DNA of 64,000 bases from Chloroflexota bacterium. Its GTDB lineage: Bacteria; Chloroflexota; Dehalococcoidia; Lucifugimonadales; GCA-002723415. The DNA lies in NCBI GenBank assembly GCA_002721445.1, contig PBKN01000012.1:8362-72361 (forward strand). The letters run 5' to 3'. Shown piece after piece: positions 40,881-50,194 of this stretch. The notes below the pieces were generated by a model. It saw only the letters and a list, made by a program, of their open reading frames with translations, was not told the origin of the DNA and did no database searches. Numbering within the stretch: position 1 is the first letter of the stretch; each line of letters opens with the position of its first letter. The position numbers and the translations under genes were made by a program.

Positions 40881-43670
40881 TTAATCAACCTTGTTTTTAA
40901 ACAAATCTAATTTATTTTCTAATTCCCCTAAAATATCTTTTAAATTGTTTATTATTTCTGTCATCTCTTTAACATCAACTTCGGTAATATCCAAGTATTT
41001 CTCATTTAAATTATTCTCATTAGTATTTTCTAATGCTTTAATCTCATTTATATCAGATATACCCAATAAAGCTTCAAGAGCCAATTCTAAAGAATCCTCC
41101 ATTACAACTTTTTCTCCGCTCGCTAATATTACTTTCTTAAGCTCAGGAAAATCCACTCCTTCTGCCTGAATATATATAGGTTCAGCATACAATATAGATC
41201 CCCCCAAAGGCACAACTAATAAATTTCCTCGTATACATGAAGAGCCCTCTACACATCTTAACGAAAACCAAGCAGATATATCTTGATCATTATCAATTCT
41301 TGCTTCAACTTGCTCAGTCCCATCTATTTGTCTATCTTTTGGGAAACTAAATGATAATAATTTGCCGAAATTCTCACCATCACTTCTTGCAGCTAACCAT
41401 CCTATAAGGTTTTTCCTTTGATTAGGTGTATAAGGGATCAATTGAACAAATTCTGTAGAATCTTGGCCAGGAAGCTTCATTATTACGTAATAAGGAGCAA
41501 CCTCTTTCAAATCATCCTTATTACCAAATTTTTCTTTTGAAAATTCCCATAAATCTTCATCATTATAAAAATTCTGCGTGTTTTCCATATGATATTTAGA
41601 ATAAATTTTAGCTTGCAATGTAAATAGGTCTTGAGGATATCTAGTATGCTTTTTCATATGATTAGATATATCAGATTTACTAGTAAATAAATCAGGAAAT
41701 ACTTTTTGATATGTTAGAACAATTGGATCTTGCTCATCCCATAAATAAAAATTTACGTCTCCTTCAAATGCATTAACAGTTACTTTAACACTATTCCTAA
41801 TATAATTAATTGAATCGTCTTCAATATATGTTTCATATTGAGAATAAGGATATTTGTCACTACTAGTATAAGCATCTTGTATCCATATAAGGTTTTCTTT
41901 GTCTGCAACTATATAAGGATCAGCATCTAATGTTAAAAATGGAACAATTTGAGAAATACGTTCTTTTAATGATCGCCTGTACTGAATTAAACTCTTATTT
42001 GTTATTTCACCACTTATAAGTATATTTAAATCTCTAAACTCTAATGCATACAGCAATTTTTTAAAAGTCGAATCTAAAACAACTCCTCCGGATCCCCAAT
42101 AATTTACTCTAAAAAGATCTCCTTCATCAGTTTGATAATCTAACTCTTTTGTTTTTGTATTTACGATTGAATATGGATAATCATTTTCACCGTAATAAAT
42201 CCTGGGATTTGAAACTACAAATTCTTCTTCTGAATTTTTATTAGAATGGTCCTTTACTGGGATTAATCCATTGTTAGGAATATCTTTTGCATAAAACTGA
42301 GGACGTCCTTCCAATGTAAAATCAGTTACAGGACTCATAGCAAAGCCAATCCCATGAGTATATACTAATTTTTGGTTAATCCATGTACGAGCATCTTCTG
42401 TTAATTTTTCAGGAGCAACTTCTCTTGGAGACAGTAAAACTTGGCTAGATTTTGAATTTATTTCATATCTATCTACATCTGCATCAATAAAATCGTAATA
42501 AGGCCTAATCAATTGGATTTGTTTGTATACACTTAACAGAGGTTTATGGTCCCATAACCTAATATTGTTTATTGTTTCAGAATTTTCTGCGATTGTTTGT
42601 TGACTTATAGTATTGTCATCTATTGGTAAAAATATATTTTCTATATTATTTAGTCCAAAAGCTTTTTTAGTAAACTCTATATTACGAGATATATATTCTG
42701 CTTCTTTTACATACTCTGCTGGTCTAACTACGAAACGTTGAATTGACATTGGCAATAATATAGTAACAATAGTTAATAAAACAAACCAACTTATTATACT
42801 CCCAAATACAATCTTATTATTTTTAATATAAATATTTGCCAATAAAATACAAGATATAATGATTCCTACAATTGATAAAACTAATAAACCTGTTTTTTTA
42901 ATATTTACGTCAGTATATAATGCTCCGTCAACGAGACCTCCCTCAGTCAATGGAATATCCCATCTACTCAAAAAATTACCTATTGAGAGGATAAACATAA
43001 TAAAGGCCAAAATTAAAGATATTTGAACCCAATTACTAGAATTCATCTCAAATTTAACACCTCTTATTACAGAGTTAATTAAATAAACTGCGCCAGTAAT
43101 AATTAATGACAAAATTGATATAGTTAATACCCAACCTTGAATTATATGAAAAACAGGTAATTGAAAAACATAAAAAGATATATCTCTACCAAAAACAGGG
43201 TCTAATTCATTGAATTCTTGAAAATTAAAAAACATTAAAATCTCAAGCCAAGATCCTGACAATATTAATCCAGCTATTAATCCAAAAAGTAAAATTATTA
43301 CCAAATAAACCCAAAAAGTAATTTTCTTATATAAATTAAGTATTGATCCATCCACATCATATTCTATTGGGCCATTAGAAATTTTATTTGCAAAATATAT
43401 ATTAATTCCTAAAAAAGAAGAAGCTATAAACCAACCTGAAAATATTAATATAAGCTTTGTAAATACTTCCTTTAATAAAATACTCTGAAATCCTAATTGT
43501 TCATACCAAAGGTAATCAGTATAAATCATTCTAATATAATTTAATATTAATATTGAAATTATTAGAAAAAATACTATTGCTCCTATTTTAATAAAACGAC
43601 TAGATTGATTTAATATTTTATTAAAATCTAAGTCATCAAAAATCAATTTTTGATCCGAATTAGTTGCCAA
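40881..43670 (-). CDS. UPF0182 family integral membrane protein
   Basis: 929 aa; N-terminal TM region with LWYEQLGF and later VVLDSTFKKLLYALEFRDLNILISGEI, IPYTPNQRKNLIGWLAARSDGENFGKLLSFSFPKD, LLVVPLGGSILYAEPIYIQAE. Confidence 0.92.
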   Translation of the reverse strand: MATNSDQKLIFDDLDFNKILNQSSRFIKIGAIVFFLIISILILNYIRMIYTDYLWYEQLGFQSILLKEVFTKLILIFSGWFIASSFLGINIYFANKISNGPIEYDVDGSILNLYKKITFWVYLVIILLFGLIAGLILSGSWLEILMFFNFQEFNELDPVFGRDISFYVFQLPVFHIIQGWVLTISILSLIITGAVYLINSVIRGVKFEMNSSNWVQISLILAFIMFILSIGNFLSRWDIPLTEGGLVDGALYTDVNIKKTGLLVLSIVGIIISCILLANIYIKNNKIVFGSIISWFVLLTIVTILLPMSIQRFVVRPAEYVKEAEYISRNIEFTKKAFGLNNIENIFLPIDDNTISQQTIAENSETINNIRLWDHKPLLSVYKQIQLIRPYYDFIDADVDRYEINSKSSQVLLSPREVAPEKLTEDARTWINQKLVYTHGIGFAMSPVTDFTLEGRPQFYAKDIPNNGLIPVKDHSNKNSEEEFVVSNPRIYYGENDYPYSIVNTKTKELDYQTDEGDLFRVNYWGSGGVVLDSTFKKLLYALEFRDLNILISGEITNKSLIQYRRSLKERISQIVPFLTLDADPYIVADKENLIWIQDAYTSSDKYPYSQYETYIEDDSINYIRNSVKVTVNAFEGDVNFYLWDEQDPIVLTYQKVFPDLFTSKSDISNHMKKHTRYPQDLFTLQAKIYSKYHMENTQNFYNDEDLWEFSKEKFGNKDDLKEVAPYYVIMKLPGQDSTEFVQLIPYTPNQRKNLIGWLAARSDGENFGKLLSFSFPKDRQIDGTEQVEARIDNDQDISAWFSLRCVEGSSCIRGNLLVVPLGGSILYAEPIYIQAEGVDFPELKKVILASGEKVVMEDSLELALEALLGISDINEIKALENTNENNLNEKYLDITEVDVKEMTEIINNLKDILGELENKLDLFKNKVD

Positions 43671-43686
43671 ACTGCCCTCCTGAAAT

Positions 43687-44463
43687 TTAAATTATTGTTG
43701 TTCCAAAACCTTTCTTATAAAAAGAATCAATTAAAATATGCTGCTTTCTTCCATCTATTATATTCGTATTAACATTATTTTTAGATGCTGTTAAACAAGC
43801 TTCTAACTTAGGAATCATACCGCCATCTACTACTCTAGATTTAATCAAATCAGTAACCTGCCTTTTAGTCAATTTAGGAATTAACCGTTTACTTGAATCT
43901 AAAACACCAGGGACATCCGTTAAAAAATAAAGATTACTTGCTTTTAATGTGGCCGCTATATGGCCAGCTGCAATATCAGCATTCAAATTTAATAAAGAAT
44001 ATTTATTTTCATTAGATTTAACTTCTTCATAACCTACTGAAGCAATAACAGGTATATAGCCTGATTCAAGAGCAGATTGAATAATTTCTGGATTAGTTTT
44101 TTTTACATCTCCAACAAATCCTAAAATGTCATTTCTCTTCTCAGAAATCAACATGCCTCCATCAACTCCACTAATACCTAATGCTTTGCCACCAATAGAA
44201 ATTAAACTAGCAACTAAATTTTTATTTATTAATCCTGTTAAAACTGCTACTACAATTTCAAGACTTACATTATCAGTAACGCGAAGACCTTTACTAAATT
44301 TAGGCCTTAAACCTTGCCTTGCCATCCACTTAGTAACCAGATTACCTCCGCCGTGTATAACCACAACGCTTACTCCATTTTTCTGAAGATGCACTATATC
44401 TTCTAATGCAGTATCATGGTCTCCAAGAGTACTCCCTCCAATTTTAACAACTACCGTCCCAAT
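43687..44463 (-). CDS. argB: Acetylglutamate kinase; start extended to a probable ATT codon at 44463-44461 (track ORF starts at the GTG at 44394)
   Basis: Extended N-terminus (M)GTVVVKIGGSTLGDHDTALEDI restores the KIGG nucleotide-binding motif. VIHGGGNLV, DVPGVLDSS, GGMIPKLEAC also present. AGGAG lies 8 nt upstream of ATT. Confidence 0.88.
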   Translation of the reverse strand: MGTVVVKIGGSTLGDHDTALEDIVHLQKNGVSVVVIHGGGNLVTKWMARQGLRPKFSKGLRVTDNVSLEIVVAVLTGLINKNLVASLISIGGKALGISGVDGGMLISEKRNDILGFVGDVKKTNPEIIQSALESGYIPVIASVGYEEVKSNENKYSLLNLNADIAAGHIAATLKASNLYFLTDVPGVLDSSKRLIPKLTKRQVTDLIKSRVVDGGMIPKLEACLTASKNNVNTNIIDGRKQHILIDSFYKKGFGTTII

Positions 44464-44549
44464 ATAATCAACTCCTAACTAATTATTTTAATTTTAATAA
44501 AAGCAGTCTGATAACACTTCTTGTATATCAATCACAAAGTATATATTAT

Positions 44550-45755
44550 TCAAGTAGTATAAGCAGAATTAAAAATAACATATTCTTCTGTCAAATCACA
44601 TCCCCAAGCAGTAGCTTTAAAATCTCCAATATTAAGGGATATTGTAAAAACAACTTTATCCGTCTTCATAGCTCCTAGGACAGCCTCATTAAAGTAAGGT
44701 ATAGCTTTCCCTTGATGCACTATATGAATATCATTAATAAAAATATCTATTTTATCCTCAATCATTTCAGCTCCAGTTTTACCTAAAGCCATCATTATTC
44801 TTCCCCAATTTGGGTCCTTACCGTGAACCATTGATTTAACTAAATTAGATGAGGAAATACCTCTAGATGCTTTTGCAGCATCTTCAAAAGATTTTGCACC
44901 CTGAACCTCTACTTCAATTAAAGTTTGTGCGCCTTCACCATCTATAACTAAACTTTTAGCAAGTTCAATACAAACATAATTTAACGCTTCTTGAAACTGC
45001 TCAGCATAAACAGAGCTTCTATCAATATTAATGTTTTTTGAGCGCCCATTCGCAAACGCCAATACGGAATCATTAGTGCTTTGATCTCCGTCTACATCAA
45101 TCATATTGAAAGAAATATCAACAGCCTTTTTCAAAGATTCTTGAAAAAATTCAGGTTCAATATTAGCATCAGTTGTTATAAATCCTAACATCGTTGCCAT
45201 ATTAGGATGAATCATTCCAGAACCTTTAGCTGATCCTCCTATAGTAACCTTAACTTCATCTATTTCAATCGCAACAGCAAATTGTTTATTATAATTATCA
45301 GTAGTCATTATAGCTTTCGAAAAATCTTCTCCACCTGATTCAGTTAAAACTATCTTGTTTATATTTTGTCTTATCAAAGCCATTGGGAGTTCAACCCCAA
45401 TTTTACCAGTACTACAAATAAGTATTTTTTCCGGATTAATATTAAACATATTTGCAGCTAAAGAAGTCATTTCTTCAGCATCAGAAAAACCTTGAGATCC
45501 TACAGCGCAATTAGCACAACCACTATTAACAACTACTCCATGTGATTTAAGAGAAACAGACCTTTTCCTACTTAATGTCACTGAAGGAGATTCAATTTTA
45601 TTAGTAGTAAATACTGAAGCTAAACTTGCTTCATCCTCAGAATATAAAATTGCCAAATCTAATGCCCCTATTTCTGATTTTAAACCTGCAGAAATAGCTC
45701 CAGCAATATAACCTTTTGGAGAAGTAACTCCTCCATTCTGAATCAACTCTAACAT
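44550..45755 (-). CDS. argJ: Bifunctional glutamate N-acetyltransferase/amino-acid acetyltransferase
   Basis: 401 aa; CANCAVGSQG, KGSGMIHPNMATMLGFITTDA autoprocessing site, FNMIDVDGDQSTNDS, GKDPNWGRIMMALG. Confidence 0.97.
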   Translation of the reverse strand: MLELIQNGGVTSPKGYIAGAISAGLKSEIGALDLAILYSEDEASLASVFTTNKIESPSVTLSRKRSVSLKSHGVVVNSGCANCAVGSQGFSDAEEMTSLAANMFNINPEKILICSTGKIGVELPMALIRQNINKIVLTESGGEDFSKAIMTTDNYNKQFAVAIEIDEVKVTIGGSAKGSGMIHPNMATMLGFITTDANIEPEFFQESLKKAVDISFNMIDVDGDQSTNDSVLAFANGRSKNINIDRSSVYAEQFQEALNYVCIELAKSLVIDGEGAQTLIEVEVQGAKSFEDAAKASRGISSSNLVKSMVHGKDPNWGRIMMALGKTGAEMIEDKIDIFINDIHIVHQGKAIPYFNEAVLGAMKTDKVVFTISLNIGDFKATAWGCDLTEEYVIFNSAYTT

Positions 45756-45908
45756 AATACAATATCCTCATGAATTCATATTAGAAAAAACTTTCTAGCC
45801 GAGTATAACACAGCATAGTAATTCGATAAAGTAAGTGAATTATTTCTTGCTTTTTAATCTATGATTATGTTTAATAATAATATGAAGTAAATTAAAACAT
45901 TTTATATT

Positions 45909-48161
45909 TTGAAAGGCGGCATCATGGTTGTAGATAATTCGAGTGTAAAATACACATCAATAGGTAAACGCCCAATTAGACATGATGGATACGACAAAGT
46001 TACAGGTAAAGCACAATTTGGAGCTGATATATATCCAAGTAATTTGATTTATGCTAAAGTACTTAGAAGTCCTCATGCTCATGCAAAAATAATATCTATT
46101 AATACTAAAAAAGCTTTAAATTATCCAGGCGTTAAAGCAGTAATAACCTCTAAAGATTTTCCTGTACATAGTAAAACTCCAGAAGTATTAGGATCTGGAC
46201 CTCCAATTAATATATATAATCTTGGAACAAATATATTAGCTAGAGACAAAGTATTATATAAAGGACATGCAATAGCAGCAGTTGCAGCTAACAATATTCA
46301 TACTGCAGAAGAAGCTTTATCTCTTATAGAAATAAAATATGAACTCATACAATCAGTTACAAATGTTGAAGATGCAATGGACCCCAATGCCCCCACAATA
46401 CATCCAGAATATCCTGGAAACATAGCAAGCCAAGATCAATTAAATATTGGTGACATAGGTCAGGGATTTAAAAAAGCTGATATTGTTATTGAAAAAGAAT
46501 TCAGAACAAGTACTGTCCATCAAGGATATATAGAATTACATTCTGCAACTGCTTTATGGCAACCTAATAATCATGTTACTCTCTGGACTAGCTCACAGGG
46601 GCACTTTCAAATTAGAGACCGTACCGCTGCAATATTAGGTATAGAACCATCTAGTATTAAAAGCGTTCCAATGGAAATAGGTGGTGGATTTGGAGGGAAG
46701 ACTACTATATATTTAGAGCCTATTTCAGCAATGTTATCTAAAATGACAGGACAACCTGTTAAAACAACTATGAATAGAGCAGAAGTATTAGAAGCGAGTG
46801 GGCCTACATCTGGTTCTTATATGAAAATTAAAATGGGGTCTACGAATCAAGGTAAACTGGTTGCTGCTGAAGCAAAACTAGTATTTGAAGCTGGTGCGTT
46901 TCCAGGCTCCCCTATTGGAGGAGCTTCTCAATGTATTTTTTCTCCTTATGATATTGAAAATGTATTAGTTGATGGATACGACATAATTGACAACAAGCCA
47001 AAAACAACTGCATATAGAGCGCCTGGGGCTCCAATAGGTGCTTTTGGAGTTGAAACTGTGGTTGATGAACTATGTACAAATTTAAAAATATCCCCCCTAG
47101 ATTTTAGAATCATGAATGCAGCTAAAGAAGGCACAAGACGTGCAAATGGAATATTAAACCCTCCAATAGGAATGATCGAAACTGTAGAAGCAATAAAATC
47201 TCATCAACATAATTTGACCCCCCTAAATGGTAAAAATACCGGAAGAGGAGTTGCTTCAGGTTTTTGGATGAATGGAACTGGGCCTGCATGTGCTATAGCA
47301 AACGTAAATTTTGATGGCAGTGTGAGCCTAACCATAGGGTCGATGGATATTGGAGGTACAAGACCTGGTGCTGCTCAACAATTTGCAGAGGTATTAGGTA
47401 TACCTGTTGAAAATGTCAACCCTCAAGTTGGCGATACTGATTCAATAGGATATACGTCTATGACAGGAGGAAGTGGAGCAGCATTTAAAACAGGTTGGGC
47501 AAGTTTCGAAGCTGCTGAAGATGTAAGAAGACAAATGATTGAACGCGCAGCATTGATTTGGGAAAAACCTATAGAAGAAATTGATCTAAAAAATGGGCTG
47601 TTTTGTCACAAGTCTGATCCTAAATTACAGGTAAGCTTTAAAGAATTAGCATCAAAATTAGGTGAAACTGGAGGACCAGTAGTTGGTAAAGCAAATTTAG
47701 ACCCATCTGGAGCAGGAGGAGCGTTTGCAACTCACATAGTTGACTTAGAAGTAGACATTGAAACTGGTAAAATAAAAATACTAAGATATACTGCTGCCCA
47801 AGATGTTGGGAAAGCTATTCACCCTAGCTACGTTGAAGGTCAAATACAAGGAGGTGTGGTCCAAGGTATTGGATGGGCACTAAACGAGGAATATTTTATG
47901 AACGACAAAGGTGCTCTTATGAATTCTAGTTTACTAGATTATAGGATGCCTACTTCTTTAGATTTACCAAATATTGATACCATTATTGTTGAAGTACCAA
48001 ATCCTACACACCCATACGGAGTTAGAGGTGTGGGAGAAGTACCTATAGTTCCACCAATGGCAGCAATAGCAAATGCTATACACGATGCTATAGGAATCAG
48101 AATGCATCAATTACCTATGAATCCAGCTATAGTATTAAAAGAAATGAAAAAAATTAATTAA
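45909..48161 (+). CDS. Xanthine dehydrogenase-family molybdopterin-binding large subunit
   Basis: 750 aa; GKRPIRHDGYDKVTGKAQFGADI, MEIGGGFGGKTTIYLEP, TTAYRAPGAPIGAFGVE, GVRGVGEVPIVPPMAAIANAI. Confidence 0.93.
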   Translation: MKGGIMVVDNSSVKYTSIGKRPIRHDGYDKVTGKAQFGADIYPSNLIYAKVLRSPHAHAKIISINTKKALNYPGVKAVITSKDFPVHSKTPEVLGSGPPINIYNLGTNILARDKVLYKGHAIAAVAANNIHTAEEALSLIEIKYELIQSVTNVEDAMDPNAPTIHPEYPGNIASQDQLNIGDIGQGFKKADIVIEKEFRTSTVHQGYIELHSATALWQPNNHVTLWTSSQGHFQIRDRTAAILGIEPSSIKSVPMEIGGGFGGKTTIYLEPISAMLSKMTGQPVKTTMNRAEVLEASGPTSGSYMKIKMGSTNQGKLVAAEAKLVFEAGAFPGSPIGGASQCIFSPYDIENVLVDGYDIIDNKPKTTAYRAPGAPIGAFGVETVVDELCTNLKISPLDFRIMNAAKEGTRRANGILNPPIGMIETVEAIKSHQHNLTPLNGKNTGRGVASGFWMNGTGPACAIANVNFDGSVSLTIGSMDIGGTRPGAAQQFAEVLGIPVENVNPQVGDTDSIGYTSMTGGSGAAFKTGWASFEAAEDVRRQMIERAALIWEKPIEEIDLKNGLFCHKSDPKLQVSFKELASKLGETGGPVVGKANLDPSGAGGAFATHIVDLEVDIETGKIKILRYTAAQDVGKAIHPSYVEGQIQGGVVQGIGWALNEEYFMNDKGALMNSSLLDYRMPTSLDLPNIDTIIVEVPNPTHPYGVRGVGEVPIVPPMAAIANAIHDAIGIRMHQLPMNPAIVLKEMKKIN

Positions 48162-48183
48162 CTATGAATCGGATAATTTCTAG

Positions 48184-48942
48184 ATGAACATAATTCCTAC
48201 AGTAAATAAAGACAAAGTAGTAATATTAGTAAAAGCGGGAAGATTGCAAAGTTGGGATTTCATAGATTTAAAAAAACAAGAATCTTATATAAAAGAGCAT
48301 GTTGAATTAATTAAAGAAACTGGGTATAAATATGGTATCCAACGATTAGAATCTTTTAAACTTATAAATTATCAACAACCATGGCATCGCTTATGGGTGA
48401 TTGAATTCCCAACTTTTGAAGGAGCTGAAGCTTGGATCGAATCAGAAATGGCTCCACCATACGGTAGTCATGGTTACTGGGAATACTATTTAGCTAGACC
48501 ATGGGGCCCAGATTATTTTTCTAAATGGCCAACAAAAGCCTATAATCCAATAAACAGGCCAATAATCGATACAGATGAAAACACAATTCCTGCTTTAGAA
48601 ATTAATGAAAACAATATTGTAGTAATTATGTTTGGCAGAACTCTTCCAGGCTCTGATATTTTAGACATAAATTCTAGAGGTGACAAAGAACACGTTAACC
48701 TAATGAAAAAAATTGCAAAAGATTATGGATTAATTCGACTGGAAGGTTTTAGATTGATAGCTCCTCAAGATAGCTGGCATAGAGCTTGGATCATTGAATT
48801 TCCTACTTTAGAAGGTGCAGAAGCTTGGATAAAAGCTGAAGTTGAACCTGTTTATGGTTCACATAATTCAAAAATTTATCACATAGCAAGGAATTATTTT
48901 TTAACCGATATAAATAGATTTAAACCTAAATCGAAACTATAG
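48184..48942 (+). CDS. Uncharacterised protein with two tandem copies of a ~100-aa domain
   Basis: 252 aa; WHRLWVIEFPTFEGAEAWIESEMAPPYGSH in the first half and WHRAWIIEFPTLEGAEAWIKAEVEPVYGSH in the second. Starts 22 nt after the hydroxylase stop. Confidence 0.8.
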   Translation: MNIIPTVNKDKVVILVKAGRLQSWDFIDLKKQESYIKEHVELIKETGYKYGIQRLESFKLINYQQPWHRLWVIEFPTFEGAEAWIESEMAPPYGSHGYWEYYLARPWGPDYFSKWPTKAYNPINRPIIDTDENTIPALEINENNIVVIMFGRTLPGSDILDINSRGDKEHVNLMKKIAKDYGLIRLEGFRLIAPQDSWHRAWIIEFPTLEGAEAWIKAEVEPVYGSHNSKIYHIARNYFLTDINRFKPKSKL

Positions 48943-48960
48943 ACAAATAAAACGTTGCAA

Positions 48961-49527
48961 TCAATCTTCTGAATTAAGTATCTTACGTAATTTAATACTA
49001 GAATCTCTAGTACTTTTATTTTTTGCCACTGGAATATAATTACTATTTTTAACTTTTAAGCAAACAAATATAGGCCCTTCTTTTTTCATGATATTTGGTA
49101 ATTCAATAGAAAAATTTTCAAGGTCATCAAATGAATAACTTTCTTTAATTCCTGAACTACGTGCTATTCCAGCAAAATCAACCTTGCCTGCTCCAGGTAT
49201 TGGTTGTCCTCCAGTAGTAAAATATACTCCATCTTCAAAAACAAAATGAATTAAATTTTTTGGAGACTGATCAGCAATGGTTACAACCGATCCTAAATTT
49301 GTCAACAAGCCTCCATCACCGTCTAAAATAATGACTTTATCATTAGGTTTAGCTAAAGCAATTCCTAAGGCTACTGATGAAGCTTTTCCCATTGCTCCAT
49401 AAATAGGCAAATCTAAATTTTCTGAATTAGATACATCTTGCCAATACCTAGTTGGAGTCATAGTACTCACAACAATTGCATCATTCCGTTCTCTAGATAT
49501 TATATTTATTGCTTCATTTGCATCCAT
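48961..49527 (-). CDS. TPP-binding C-terminal-type domain protein (sulfopyruvate/phosphonopyruvate decarboxylase beta-subunit-like)
   Basis: 188 aa; MGKASSVALGIALA and TPP/Mg motif ILDGDGGLLTNLGSVVTIA. Confidence 0.85.
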   Translation of the reverse strand: MDANEAINIISRERNDAIVVSTMTPTRYWQDVSNSENLDLPIYGAMGKASSVALGIALAKPNDKVIILDGDGGLLTNLGSVVTIADQSPKNLIHFVFEDGVYFTTGGQPIPGAGKVDFAGIARSSGIKESYSFDDLENFSIELPNIMKKEGPIFVCLKVKNSNYIPVAKNKSTRDSSIKLRKILNSED

Positions 49528-49567
49528 AATTTCACCTACTTAATAATTTCAAAATAAAATTCGCTAC

Positions 49568-50161
49568 TTATGATTTATAAGTCATATAATCTGGTAATCT
49601 ATCAATTAAATTTAATGCTAATAAAGTACGCTGCACAATAAAATCAGTAACTTCATCAACTGTTTTAAATTTTAAATAAAAAGGAGGTTCAACTGGAATT
49701 ATTTTTATTCCTAATTTAGATAATTTAGTCATATTCTCTAAATGGATAGTATTTAATGGACTCTCTCTAGGGACTATTACAAGCGGACGATCTTCTTTTA
49801 TAGAAACATCTGCAGCTCTTTTGACTAAATCTCCAGTAATACCTTGAGATATACTAGCAATAGTATTCATACTACACGGAACTATAGCCATGCCAAGAGT
49901 TTTAAAAGATCCACTAGCTATAGAAGCACTTAAATCATTCCCTGAAAAATATTGAAATCCTTTATACTCACTCCATTTCTCTAAAATTTCTCCAAAAGAT
50001 TCATCCATTTCTTGCTTCCAAACTAGTCTAGCGGAAGAAGTATTAGTAACAATTACTTTATAGTCATTTTCTAATAAATATTGTACCGTTTTATATCCCA
50101 ATGATGATCCACTAGCACCTGTAATACCTATTACAACTGGATCTTCATATTTCAAAACCAT
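49568..50161 (-). CDS. ubiX: UbiX-family flavin prenyltransferase
   Basis: 197 aa; IGITGASGSSLGYKTVQYL, AIVPCSMNTIASISQGI, LVIVPRESPLNTIHLENM. Confidence 0.93.
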   Translation of the reverse strand: MVLKYEDPVVIGITGASGSSLGYKTVQYLLENDYKVIVTNTSSARLVWKQEMDESFGEILEKWSEYKGFQYFSGNDLSASIASGSFKTLGMAIVPCSMNTIASISQGITGDLVKRAADVSIKEDRPLVIVPRESPLNTIHLENMTKLSKLGIKIIPVEPPFYLKFKTVDEVTDFIVQRTLLALNLIDRLPDYMTYKS

Positions 50162-50194
50162 TTTTCAAACTCCAAATATTAATATATATATATC

